Positions 1-12,589 of a stretch of DNA of 64,000 nt are shown here, in pieces; the first letter of the stretch is position 1, and each line of letters begins with the position of its first letter. Below the pieces are notes generated by a model that saw nothing but the letters and a program-made list of their open reading frames with translations, was not told the origin of the DNA and did no database searches. Position numbers and translations under genes: made by a program. This DNA comes from the human T2T-CHM13v2.0 reference genome, Homo sapiens: the NCBI RefSeq assembly GCF_009914755.1, contig NC_060925.1, one strand, 5' to 3'.

Positions 1-404
1 CATCCTAATTCTAATTCACCATGCTGAACATGTCTATGGGGGCTACCCTTTTTATCTGGAAGAAAAAAAATTACACTGAGCACGAGTCTTCCAACAAAGA
101 ATGGATCTATTATCAGCTAAGAGTGACTATCTCAGTGAAACACAAAGGTATTACCTTAAGGCAGTCAGATCTATGTTCTCTGCTATAGGAATGTGCAAAG
201 GCGATAAGCCTACTGTTAGGAGGAAGCTCATGAAAGGCTGGCAATATCAACTTATCTTTCCTTGGTGGAGAACTGATGGCAAACAAGTTAAATCTGGAAA
301 TCAGTATGTTGATTACTTATTTATTTGGCTTGATATTGAAATAAGCTTTTTCTATGTAATCATTCTTACTTGTGAATTCTTTTACTCTACTTTTTAAATT
401 CTAT

Positions 405-590
405 TTTTTCAACAAATATTTATCGAGGCTCATTATATAAGCTAGACATTTAGTTAGGTGCTGTGGGAGACATAGAAATATATGAGCTACAGATTAAATA
501 CCCAAAGCATTTTTAACATCTAGAAAAATGATAACCCATGTACAAAAATGACTGTAACGCAAGGCAAGTAGTAAGTTTGTAAAAGACAGG
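405..590 (-). mobile_element. L2 LINE 3' end fragment
   Basis: ttcaacaaatatttatcgagg...taggtgctgtggga resembles the reverse complement of the L2 tail. Confidence 0.55.
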
Positions 591-604
591 AGAGAATGAT
601 ATTG

Positions 605-692
605 CTTCCTTTCCTTTTCCTTTCCTTTTCTCTCATCCTGTCTCCCTTTCCTTTCTCTTCTTTCCTCTTCTCTTCTATTTCATTTTCTTTCC
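605..692. repeat. CT-rich low-complexity tract, (CTTTC)n-like
   Basis: Seen directly: ttcctttccttttcctttccttttctct... Confidence 0.85.
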
Positions 693-939
693 ATCAACAC
701 TGGTAAAGATGATGTATGAAACTGTCCTGAAAAAGTAGAAAATGCCAGGTTGGCAATTTCAGCCTCAGCTACCAACACTGGGTGTGCACACTGACAGTAG
801 AATTTAGGGAGTGGCAAAGAGAGTGGGTTCTGTCAATTTATATGGAATAATGTTTCCCAAGGCAACCAGATGTGATTTTTTTTTGGCAAGTAAAAAGCCA
901 CACAGAAAGGCTGAGATGAGTTAAAATGAAGAAAGCAGG

Positions 940-1131
940 ACCATTGGTACGTTGAAGCCAGCTCACATTATCAGAGATGCTTGTTGATTAATTAGGAATT
1001 TTGAAGCCAGTTGTAAAACTGTCGGTAGCTTGCAGTCAGCCTAATGGGAGTATGTACACCACAGAAATAGGTAACTACAATAAATTATGATTGTTTTAAG
1101 AACAGAAAGCTGTTTTACCAGTTCAACAATG
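940..1131 (+). mobile_element. MER63A-like non-autonomous hAT DNA transposon
   Basis: ggaattttgaagccagttgtaaaac...ggtagcttg...atgggagtatgtacaccacagaaat...ttttaccag matches recalled MER63 consensus. Confidence 0.7.
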
Positions 1132-2139
1132 GAAATAACACCAAGAGTTTTTTACCTTCTGATTTTCTTTTTATAAACAGGAAGCTCTTCCACGAGTTCA
1201 CGAATGGAAATAACATCAAGAGTTTTTCATCTTCTTAGTGTGCAAGGTATGGATATTCTGTGTGTGAACTTCAAGAGTATCTAAGGGAGGCAATAACATG
1301 GTTGATAATATACCAGAGACTACAAACTGTCTGTGCATCCCAGAGGAACAGGAAGCTTGTGCAGGTGAAAAGACTGGAGGAGGAAGTATGTTGATGATAC
1401 CCAGGAAGCCCACCTTCCACTTCTTTGGTCATCAGAAGTAAGAAAAAGGACAATTAAATAAGTGGTTAATAGTTGTTTAGAGAAAGAGAATTTTCACTTT
1501 ATATGCCAGTCATTGATAATATTTGCCATAGTGGTTGCTGTTAAGTAAGTTTCTTCCTGCAGGCCTGTGAGAAGGCATAGTACATGAAAGTAGCAGTGCT
1601 TTCAACCTGATTATTATTATACAGTATGGACTTTTATTATATAACAAGCAATACTTACATTTTGTTATTTACTTATTTATTACTATACACTTACACATAT
1701 GCAGACACAGTAATAAACATCTAAGTGGTACAAATAGGTACAAAACCAAAAATAAAAGTCTGCCTTCTAACTTCAGTAAGATGTTTCAGTCTCATCCTGG
1801 GTTCTACTGCCTTTAATATGCAATCAGCCACACTTCCCAAGGGGCTTTAGTCCCTTTTGTTAAAAAATAGTAATAAAGATCAAATCTAGGGGATAGAAGT
1901 AGAGATTTTAGTATTTTATATGAGAATTGGGGATGCAGCATGCTAATGAAGCCACCTGAGTTACAGGGCAGACTATTACTTTTCTTTTTAAATAACAGGT
2001 AACAATTCTATATTGTTATTTTCAATTTAACCAAGTTTTTATTTTAGCACTGAGAGTTTTTAATCTGATTTCTCCTTCCTCTGGTAGATTTGAGGTTATT
2101 TATTGTCACACCAAATAGCATTTTGTCTCCTATATTTAG

Positions 2140-2420
<281 letters not shown>

Positions 2421-4157
2421 TAGAAGTCTTTTCTTACTCTATTTTTGTCCCTTGCCTCAAGTACCCTAGAAGTGACTACCTACACAACTCCCCTTATCAG
2501 CATTTTAGAGGAAAGACTATCTGAAAAGTAAAATAAATTCTATCTTTTCTCACAGAATTATAAAGAATATACAGGCAAAAGACACCTAATATTTCATATG
2601 GAATGATAAACAATTTGAAGAAAAAAAGGACAAATCTTTGAGATTTAGCCTAAAACTATTTTTTAACTTTGAATTTCCATGGACATTTGTCAACATTTAT
2701 CTTTTATTTCCAGTAACATTGGTATTAAATTACAGTGAATATATACAAATATTTATTAGCTCAATATTATTTTATTAGTCCAATTTTTCAATTAGAGTCA
2801 GATAAAACTCTAAATAAAGGTCAAAAATCATCAGAATATTTTGTAACCCCCAAATTCAGGTAGAAAAAATTTCTGTATATTATATTGTCCCATTCTACAA
2901 GACTCAACTCACAGTAGATTATAGCACATTGGAATATAACATATTTCATATTAAATATTATATTTAATCTACATTTAAATATTCTGAAACCTCCCTACTA
3001 ATAATTATAGAATTTTTCTGTTTATTCCTAATGCTTTTCATGTTCACATAAGCCAAAATCAGAAAATTCATCAAGTTTTACCAATAGAAATTTTCACCTT
3101 TTATGCGAACACATGTATTTGCCTAGATCAAGGCATCATATGCCTACACTTCCAAAGTTAATTTGTATTACCTGCATAATCCCCCTAAAATAAAACCCCA
3201 ATTATTTTATTCTTATAATTTGGTAAATTGAGCCTCAAAAGCTCCATTCATTTAGAATATGCATTTTCCAAAATCTTGACAGGCCAACCAGGCAAGATTT
3301 GTTGAAATCTTGACAGGCTGATTTTGACAATAATAAAAAATTTGTTCTTAAAATTCTGTGTTGAATTTTAAGCACCTCTCTATCACAGGGATAATAACTT
3401 AAATGCTTCAGATTATCTGTTAGAGACCCTATAAAACAATAATCTCTTTTTTTATGTGTCCAATTAACATCTGAATCCATTTAGGGAACATGCTTCTCTT
3501 TGAGGGTCTTGTGAGGCCCTACACCCAGTTTATTCAAATGTCACTGCTACAAAGGCGCTGGCCTTACCTTCAGTCTTCTGGGGCAAGGCCTGGCTGCAGA
3601 CTCAGGACAGCCTGCTTTATTCTGTTGTACCAGTTCTCCCTGTTGCCCTGCTTGTTCCTTTCCCACATTTCTGATGCTAGATTTCCTAATATTGTACTAA
3701 CTTTGATCCAGCTTTTTAACTCCTTTTTATGTTTTCACTCTGCTCAATATTATCCATTTAACAACACCTCCTATTCCGTCTACGTAGAAAACTGTTTATA
3801 CAGAGAGTATCTGAAAAGTTGATATCTGTAAGTTTATTTCCAGAATGACACATGGTTCCTAATGATATGGAATTGTAATGTTGTCAACATAATTCATCCA
3901 AAGAGGATATATAATTTATTATCCCAGGCATAATTTTGTTTAGAGTAGATGACTCTTGGATTGGGCCCACCTGAGTTTAGGAAAAGACTGGCACTGCACT
4001 TGTTTCCTCTATATCTATTAATCTTGGAGAATTAAGTTTCCTTTATCTTTTTATTCATTTTTATAGGTAATTTAGATGTCAGTGCGAGGCTGCTATTTCT
4101 TAATAAGAAAGGAATGGATGTTTATCCCTTCAATAGAAAGTGAAAGAATGTTTATGG

Positions 4158-4344
4158 CAGAGGTTGGGCAAACTATAACCAGTGGCCCAAATTCTGCCTT
4201 CAGTCTGTTTTTGTGTGGCCTGTGAGCTAAGGATTTTCTTAAAATATATTTTAAAGAGTTGTAAACACACACACACACATAAAACAGGGACTGTATTTGA
4301 CCTGTGAAGTGCAGAATATTTAAAGAAAATGTTGCAGACCCCTG
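4158..4344 (+). mobile_element. MER58C-like hAT-Charlie element
   Basis: Ends cagaggttgggcaaacta... and ...gttgcagacccctg; internal tgtgagctaagga; short (CA)n. Confidence 0.75.
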
Positions 4345-4354
4345 TCTTAATATA

Positions 4355-4564
4355 ACTATCATAAAACGATCATTTAAAACATTTTTTATATGACAAGTAC
4401 ATGGGATTTTGTATATGTTAGCTCATTGAAATCTTATAAGAATCTTAAGTGTATTAAGAGTTGAAGTATTCTCCTCATTTTGGAGATGATAAAACTGAGA
4501 TGTGAGAGGTTAATATCACATACTTTCTAAATGCCAGAGAGAAGATTTACACTAAGACAGTTGG
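4355..4564 (-). mobile_element. MIR SINE
   Basis: Core ctcattttggagatgataaaactgagatgtgagaggttaa. Confidence 0.7.
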
Positions 4565-5049
4565 GAACTGGAGCTGGTACTTATAGCTACCATATTATAC
4601 TGCATCTGAATGTGACCTGACAGTTGTTTGTTTGAGTCTATCCCACTCCTCATACTAATCTGCAAGCAGTCCAAACAGAATAATAATGAGATTGGCAAGA
4701 TACTGCTCATACACAAAGCAAAGAGTATACAAGATTCTTTAAGCATATAAAGGGAACCATGACTGTGCACAAGCTGGCTATATACTGCAGCAAACACAGC
4801 AACACTACCAGTTAGATGAGTAAGACACTCTTGCTCTCAAATTCTCATGAAGTTCCCTGACTTCCAGTAATACTACTTGCTCAGGGTGATGACTCTTCAG
4901 GGTACTATCCTTGATAGTCTCAGAGGATTCATACCTTGTTGGTCCCTCATGACTTCTCTCTCTAGAGATTTGCGCTATGTGCCTGACTGCTTCACATTTG
5001 ACATTACTGTACTTGGTAACACTCTCAAAGTATTTATCAGTACTATGAA

Positions 5050-5475
5050 AAGACTGAGGATATTACATGTAAATTCTAGGCCTGTCACCCTTTTGGCAGA
5101 TTTGGGCCTCCAGGCCTACTGAAGGCATATTCCTGGAATAGCCAGATTGCTGTGCTTTCTTCTCTCAGTATTGGTCTCTGTGCCTATCATTTCCATCAGA
5201 GGTTTTGGTCTGTTACGAAAGGAGTTCCTGTCTCTGTTGTAATTTTCTCCTGCACATATCCTGAGTTCTAGATTCTTCCATTATGATTTCTTTATTAATC
5301 TGATTTTACTTCCCTTGGTTTTGCAGCTGTCTGTTAAACTCTTTAACTTGTCATTGTACTCTATGTCTTTATAAGTTTATTCATAATATAATTTTATAGT
5401 GTTATTTCAAGGACACTTTTGGAAGGAAAAGAGAGATAAACATATGTACCAGATCTATCATTCTGAAGTAGAAGC
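5050..5475 (-). mobile_element. Old L1M/HAL1 5' end fragment
   Basis: gagagataaacatatgtaccagatctatcattctgaagtagaagc resembles the reverse complement of old L1 5' termini; highly diverged. Confidence 0.4.
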
Positions 5476-6134
5476 TATCAAACTTTATGTGACGAGAAAA
5501 TGCATTTGGGTATATACTGATAGGTTTCCTATCACTTCATGCTTTATTGCATTTCTTCTCCCATGTTTTTGAAGCTTTCTAATCAACTGTGGAATGATGG
5601 AAATAAAAGAATCCAAGAAGCAATTCTTGATTTTAAATTCAAAAAACCATGGTCCAGGTGTAAAACGGAAAATATTTGGACATATATATATTTACCAAGA
5701 CTAGATAGGATTCCACGCAATGGGAAAGGAGAGCAAATAGGGTGTTTGAGGACAGGAGTGATATCCCCGTCAAGAGATCACCAAGCTCTGTCCAAAGCCA
5801 GAATCCTCTGAGTCTATTTCCTGGGAGATACAGGGAACTGAGATTATATCTAGACATCATCCAGTCTCTAGTCAAATGAATGCCATACATTGGCTGGATT
5901 GAGTAGCTGTTAGGAGTCCTATTTGTTCCCATCCACAAAGATCATCCATTGACAGTAGTCAATAAGTGCTTGCTGATCTTCCAAAGTGTTTGAAGGCTTG
6001 ATATCTCATTTGGCCATTAAATGATTCATCCAGAGTGGATATACTCAGGTTCATGGCCTGAGGTGGTTTTAAGTTCCAAAAGTATTTTTAAGCTCTCTTT
6101 GTAAACCAAGAGAGGAAATGATGGAGGAGCAGTG

Positions 6135-6450
6135 ATTAATCAGAGGCTTCCAGGTAATAGTGGAAACTAACTAGCAAATTTTAGAAGAGTTTTAATTATA
6201 TTTATGAAGGCTTGGACAGGTATAGGAGAAACAAGGGTAGTATTGTACCCCATGGCTAGTAGCAGCAGAGCTTTACCATCCTGACACCTCAAAGGTCAAG
6301 GGAAGAGATTGGTTCCCAGAACTTTGAGAGGGTACCCAGAACCTTGAGAGGGAACCATGAATAGGGATGACTGACAAGAGCTGTGTCTTCAGCATCCTGA
6401 CCTCATTCTTCTCTCACTCTCAGACTCTCCTACAGTTGCCTCTCATTAGG
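6135..6450 (-). mobile_element. LTR33-like ERVL LTR fragment
   Basis: gagtttaat...gtaccccatggctagtagcagcagagctttaccatcc...ctgacaagagctgtg...cctgacctcattcttctc; 20-bp internal tandem duplication near 6315-6353. Confidence 0.65.
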
Positions 6451-7049
6451 ATTGCTGTCAAAACTTGTACTAGTTCATATGTTTATTTTAGAAAAGAGTC
6501 ATCATACAACTACAAAATACATTCTTCCTCATGAAATTTGATCTTAGAACAGTCCTTCTCAAACTTTGGTAAGAGAACAGCTGTTAAATTTCAAATTTCC
6601 TGAGAAATGATACTTTCGTAAAGTAGAATAAAAGTTAATAACTCAAAAATAAAATAAAAATAAAGAAGCATGCAAAATGCAAAATGCCTCAATTATTCCA
6701 ATATTTAATTATTCAATTCATAGACATAAAATTACTCTGCCAAAATGCCACAAAACTTCTGTACTTACATTGTTTGGAAACAAGCAGGCCACAGACTGGC
6801 ACTGTCTTGCATGTCACCTCTTTATTAACATAATCCAGACCACTCAATAATGGTGCCAAATGTGATATATAGCTGAAAATATTAAACAAAATAAAACAAA
6901 ACAACAAAAATGGGGACAGAAGCAGCTTCACCAAAAGATAATTATGGATTTTTTGGAAACTATTAAAAAATGACAGAGTCTATTGGTTTAATATGGCATA
7001 AATTAGTATTTTCCAGACTGGTGGAATATTGATCCCTACAGGTGCTCCA

Positions 7050-7249
7050 TGACTTAAGAATTGCAAGGTCAAATACCACTGGGAAATATCCCCAATGTTC
7101 ACAGTACACATTTGCATATTAAAGATTCTGAGCCATCTAGTAGTTAATAAACATTTTTTAAAATCCAGCATTTCTCAAGTGTATTTGACTAATCCATTTT
7201 TTTTCATGTAATACTTACTAACATCTTTTGTAACTTTACAAAATGCTGG
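7050..7249. mobile_element. hAT-Charlie MITE (MER112-like)
   Basis: cacatttgcatattaaagattctgag...ccagcatttctcaagtgtatttgac...aaatgctg. Confidence 0.45.
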
Positions 7250-7923
7250 TATACATGTATTTCTGCCTAATGAGGTAAACTAAATGATTTCTCTTGACAG
7301 TATTCCTAATTTTATGATTCTAAGAAACGTTCCGAATTGGACTTGCCATTCAATAAGGCCAATTTAAAAAACTGCCTTGGGTAAACTTTCAGTTTCGAAG
7401 TTGTTATTCTATGCTTTGTTGCTGCTCTATATTAGAGAGTGAGGAACTGTGTCAAAAGTCATTCTTAATGAAGCCATTTTCTAATTTTAAGTTATCTTTT
7501 GCTTTTCATATTTACCTATGGTATTCTGGAAACTTGTGATTTAGAGGAAAACTTAGCATACATTACTAAATACTTGGCTGCTGCAGTGCCTCATATATGT
7601 CAAGTTCTAAAAATTTATAATTTTACAAATATCTGTAAACAACAGTATTGTAGCATTAATAGAGAAGAATAATTCATTTTGATTTCACTGGGCATGTATC
7701 AACACATGACTTAACTATGAAAAATAATTGTATTTAGCTCAAGTGGGAATTGAGGGTAAAGATTTTAGCTCTTCTGACCTTTGTGACAATATTACAAATG
7801 AAATACACAATCAATGGGGGAAAAATCAGAGGCTACTTGGCCCAAATTCTGCTAGTTATTTATTATTTAATACCCGAATTTTTTGAGGGCAGAGAGCTAA
7901 TTTGAAATCCTTCAATATGTCTC

Positions 7924-8627
7924 TCTCTTAGTCCATTTTGTGCTACAATAACAGAATACCTGAGACTATATAATTTGTAAAGAACAGAAATTTATTTATT
8001 ATGCTTCTGGAGGCTGGGGAGTCTAAGATCAAGGTGCCAACAGGTTTGGTGTCTGGTAAAGGCCTGGTTTTCACTTACAAGGGGACGTATTGAACACTGC
8101 ATCCTCTGGAGGGGAAGAACAGTGTTCCTCACATGGCAGAAAAGCAGAAAAGCAAAGAGAGACAATCTACTCCAAAAAAAACCCTTTTTAATTATTTACT
8201 TGAGATGAGTCTGACTCTGTCACCCAGGCTGGAGTGCAGTGGTATGATAGTAGCTCACTATAGCCTCACACTCCTGTGTTCAAGGGGTCCTCCTGCCTCA
8301 GCCTTTCAAGTAGCTGGGACTACAGGCATATACTACCAATACTAGCTAATTTTTTTAAATTAAAACGTTTTATTTTTAGGGACAAAATCTCTCTATGTTG
8401 CTCAGGCTGGTTTTGAACTCCTAGCCTCAAGTGATCCTCCTGCCTCAGCCTCCCCAGTAGTTGGAATTATAGATACAAAACACTGCACCCAGTTCAAAGC
8501 CCTTTGTGAAAGGTATTCAACCCACTCATAAGTGCAGAACTCTCATGACCTAATCACCTCTTAAATATCATTACCTTGGCGATTAAATTTTGATGTTTTG
8601 GAGGGGACAAACATTTAAAGCATAGCA
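7924..8627 (-). mobile_element. MSTD-like MaLR solo LTR, interrupted by AluJ
   Basis: Starts tctcttagtccattttgtgct, ends aaagcatagca; 5-bp TSD GTCTC at 7919-7923 and 8628-8632. Confidence 0.85.
8185..8493 (-). mobile_element. AluJ (Jo/Jr-like)
   Basis: Diverged Alu with J-type tagctcactatagcctc and ctatgttgctcaggctgg. Confidence 0.9.
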
Positions 8628-9031
8628 GTCTCTTTTGCTATCTATAGTCTAAACAAGAAGTTCTCTCTTTAGTATTTTTCATTTTGTTTTCTAAATATTA
8701 AATTTCTCCCTTGTTCAGAAAAGTCATTTAAGAGGAATAAAAATCTATCACTTCATTGATACTTAAGTAATACATCTGATGCATTAGGCATCTGGAAACA
8801 TGAAGAGAATGGATTTTCTTCTTTTCCTATTACCATAGGAAGCAATAGTAAGTTAACTTACCTACCAAAGTTCTCAATATGTGAAATATCTATGGATATG
8901 TGAAACCTTTAGTCGAAAAGGGTGCAGAATCACATGGCAATGATGAGACCAGTTCTATGACACATGAATGGTAACATTTTATAGGGAGAAATGATCACTC
9001 TTAAAGGGTAAGACAGTGTAATGGTTAAAAG

Positions 9032-9803
9032 AAGTAGTATAATGGTGAATGTTTAATAACTAGCCTGGGGGGTGGAGGTGGAAGGTACTTAGTAGAATGT
9101 TTGCTAATTTCCATGGTATAAGTACTTTCATCATGGTCACTTTCAAGTTATAAACATGATGTCACCAAACACAGAGTTAGGAAAAGATGTGCCCACCATT
9201 ATATAATGTTTCCACCATACAGATAAAATAGACACAGATGAACTCAAAAGCATTAATAATAGTACAGTAAAGTTAGATACTTAGGCAGTAATGTGTTTTG
9301 AATATTTATTGTAAGCTTACATAATTTAACTTTTGCCAATGGCTTTTGCTATGGTTTGAATGTGCCCTCTAAAAATTGTGCTGAAAATTAATCCCCAGTG
9401 TGGTAGTATTGAGAACTAAGGCCATTAACCCATTAACCTATTAATCCATTAATGGGTTATCATGAAAGTGGAACTAGTGGCTTTTTAAGAAGAGGAAGAG
9501 AGACTGAGCTGGTACATTACCACGCTCAGCATGCTCACCATGTAATATTTCGCACTCTCTCCGGACTCTACAGAGTCCCTACCACAAGAAGGTTCTCACC
9601 AGATGTGGCCCCTTCCCCTTGGACTTCTCAGCCTCTTTAACTATTAAGAGATAATACAAAAAAGTACCCGGTTTCAGTTATTCTGTTATAAACAGCAGAA
9701 AACAGTCTAATACAGCTATGTTTAACAATCAGCTGAAAAATACTCTGAACATTTAATAATTGTCTCTTGTAAGCTGATACAAGTTGTCTCCCACACATCA
9801 CTG
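9032..9803 (-). mobile_element. MER63B-like hAT element, interrupted by an MST LTR
   Basis: Ends aagtagtataatggtgaatgtttaataac and cacacatcactg; sequence is continuous across the LTR (aatggct..t|gtttaacaatcagct). Confidence 0.75.
9347..9714 (+). mobile_element. MSTC/MSTD MaLR solo LTR
   Basis: TGctatggtttgaatgtg ... aacagtctaataCA; TSD gcttt/gctat. Confidence 0.9.
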
Positions 9804-9977
9804 GGTAAGAATATAAGGTTTAAAGTTAGATCTGAATTTGATTCCTTGCTCTGCCACTTAAAACTGTTGACCATGTGAAGTTTATGTTTATTCTCTATGC
9901 CTTAGTATTTTCGGATGAATGATAAGGGTAAAAATTATATCTACTTCGAATAGTTGTTGTGAGGATTAAATAAGATT
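9804..9977 (+). mobile_element. MIR SINE (5' stub probably at about 9010-9031)
   Basis: ctctgccactta...ctctatgccttagt...gttgttgtgaggattaaataagat. Confidence 0.75.
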
Positions 9978-10195
9978 GATAGCCTCCTCTTCCCCCAGGG
10001 AGGAAGGCCTCCATGGCTAAAAATTTCATAAGGACCCTGTTAGAACTGTGATTACAAAGCATCTTTCTTTTTTTTAACTAAAGGAGAAGCTATTAAGAGG
10101 AATATGCTCTGTTCTACATAATGATGTAATTTGCATAATTTAAGGGAGAACAGGCAGGTTTCTTTAAAGGGTTCAGACACTACTATCATTGAAAC

Positions 10196-10549
10196 TGTAT
10201 TAGCCCATTCTCACACTACTATGAAGAAATACCCAAGAATGGACAATGTATCAAGAAAAGAAGTTTAATTGACTTACATTTCATATGGCTGGAGAGGCCT
10301 CAGAAAACTTACAGTCATGGCAGGAGGCACCTCTTCACAGGGCGGCAAAAGAGAGAATGAATGCCAAGTCAAAGGGAAAGCCCCTTATAAAACAGTCAGA
10401 TCTTGTGAGAACTCACTCATTATAATGAGAACAGCATGGAAGAAATTGCCCTCATGATTTAATTATCTTCACCTGGTCACCCTTGACACATGGGGATTAT
10501 TACAATTCAAAGTGAGATTTAGGTGGGGACACAGAGCAAAACCATATCA
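10196..10549 (-). mobile_element. THE1D-like MaLR solo LTR
   Basis: tgtattagcccattctcacact ... ggtggggacacagagcaaaaccatatca. Confidence 0.92.
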
Positions 10550-10929
10550 ATTTCCTTTGGATATGTGCAGTTTAGTTCCAACAAGCATTCCTCCTTCCTT
10601 TAGTGGTAAATTTGCAAACAAGATCCTATTTCTTGGAGAGCTTTTACATACCCTAGAATATCTTATGGGACTTGTAGGCCAAAACCTCTTCCTTGTTTTC
10701 TCCTTTATGGACTCCATGGAAGACAATAAAAATGGGTGGAGACATCACAGGTCACCTTAAAAAAAGGGAGTAATTTAGAAGACAGGCATAAATATAAGGA
10801 CAGGGAACAAGAATAGGAACTTGGAATCCATACACAAAGAATCCCCATATGAAGGATTTGGACTTTGTGACAGGTTCTACTGGTTTATAGCATTACATTC
10901 TCCATCTACTTTGTAACCTAGCCATGCAG

Positions 10930-11500
10930 TGTTTAAATGAATATTTTTTGTATACCTACTACGTGTTATGCACTGTGAATGGTACTAGGGATACTATGGT
11001 GAACAAAAATGTATAGTCTTTATCTTCATTGAGCTCTTATATTAGTGAAGACAAATTATCAACAACTAATTAAAGTGACAGAGTAACAATTCCAAACAAG
11101 GATAAGTGCTGTGAAGAAAATGAAACATTATAATAGAAAAAAACCAGTTGACTGGGTGAGGGAATGGAAATTAAGAAAATGTCAATGAGAGAAGTTCTCA
11201 TGAAAATGTAGATTTATTTATTTTTTCTAAGAGCAACAGAAAATATTGAAGAATTTTTATAGGAAAAGGACATAACCCTGGGAATTGTATGAAGAATGTA
11301 TTAGAGGGGACTGTACTGGAGGCAGAGAGAGTGGATAGAAAACAACTACAATAATCTAAGCAAAAGATTGTGGTAGGTCATACTAGTGTGGTGTCAGTAG
11401 GGATAAAAAGTACAGAGAGTCTAGTTCTATTTTGCTGTTAGGATCAACAAAATCAGCTGTTATGTTGGAATCAGACACTGGGGAGAGGGAAGATGACTCC
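10930..11500 (-). mobile_element. L2 LINE fragment
   Basis: tacctactacgtgttatgcactgtg...agggatactatggtgaacaaaa followed by typical L2 antisense body. Confidence 0.7.
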
Positions 11501-11539
11501 ATTGTTCTTCAGCCTTTAAGTAAACAATATGAAACACAA

Positions 11540-12560
11540 TGTAGGGGCCAAGGGAAAGCTTTCCCATCACTCTCTAAAGGTTCTTTGCAAGTGAACTAAC
11601 AATTGACATATTAATAGGAGAAAAGGCTTACAAATTTATTTAAGTGTGTAAGTATTGTATAAGTATGAAGAATTCCATCATGGAATGATTACCCAATAAC
11701 CCAGTGGGGTTCAGATGTTTACCCATTCCCTTTGTCATAGTGAGTAACGTGATAATTTTGAAGGTTAGTAAATAATTTTAAGGGAGAGTGAATGGATCTC
11801 AGAGGTAGACATCATCTTGTATAATTCTCTTTGGGTATTGAATGGGACTGGAGAGAAAACAATAATTTGAGACAAAGTTCACCAGGACTCTAGGTATGGT
11901 GTTTTAATTTTCAATTTCTTTCTCTGTGATATGAATTTTAATCTTCTCTGGTTAATTAAATTTCAGGGAACGGATTGAAGGCAGTCCGTTTGGGAGTCTA
12001 GTTTATAAGCAGACAAGGGAACTTCAGAGATCAGCCTCATCCTGTGCTTTGGGAGAGAAAGAGAATTGGGAGACAGGAGTGGTATGGAGGAATCAGAGAG
12101 AACTTAAGGCTGCTTCCTTGGTTCAGCATGTCAAAATTCCATATTGTGGGGGTAATATGGTTTAGCTCTGTGTCCCCACCCAAATCTCATGTTGAATTGT
12201 AATTCCTAATGTTGGAGGAGGGACCTGGTGGGAGGTGATTGAATCATGGGGGCAGATTTCTGCCTTGCTGTTCTCATGATATTGAGTAAGTTCTCATGAA
12301 ATCTGATGGTTTAAAAGTGTCTGGCATTTCCCTCTTCACTCTGTCTCCTGCTTTGCCATGGTAAGACATGCTTGCTTCCTCTTCACCTTCTGCCATGATT
12401 GTAAGTTTCCTAAGGCCTCCCAGCCATGCTTCCTGTAAAGCCTGCAGAACTGTGAGTCAATTAAACCTTTTTTCTTCAAAAATTATCCAGTCTCATGTAG
12501 TTCTTTACAGCAATGTGAGAACAGACTAATACAGGGTGTACCATTTTCTGAATTCCAACA
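11540..12560 (-). mobile_element. ERV1 (MER4-group, MER67/MER31-like) solo LTR, interrupted by MSTA
   Basis: Ends tgtaggggccaagggaaagc and ttttctgaattccaaca; internal ttaataggagaaaaggcttacaaatttatt. Confidence 0.75.
12153..12533 (+). mobile_element. MSTA MaLR solo LTR
   Basis: taatatggtttagctctgtgtccccacccaaatctcatg ... gaacagactaataca; TSD ggggg/gggtg. Confidence 0.92.
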
Positions 12561-12589
12561 GAACTATATAACTTGATATGCAGAAGTAT

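Noticed and set aside
101-397. 98-aa ORF
   Set aside because: No recognisable domain, and the C-terminus is T-rich low-complexity sequence; length is within chance expectation
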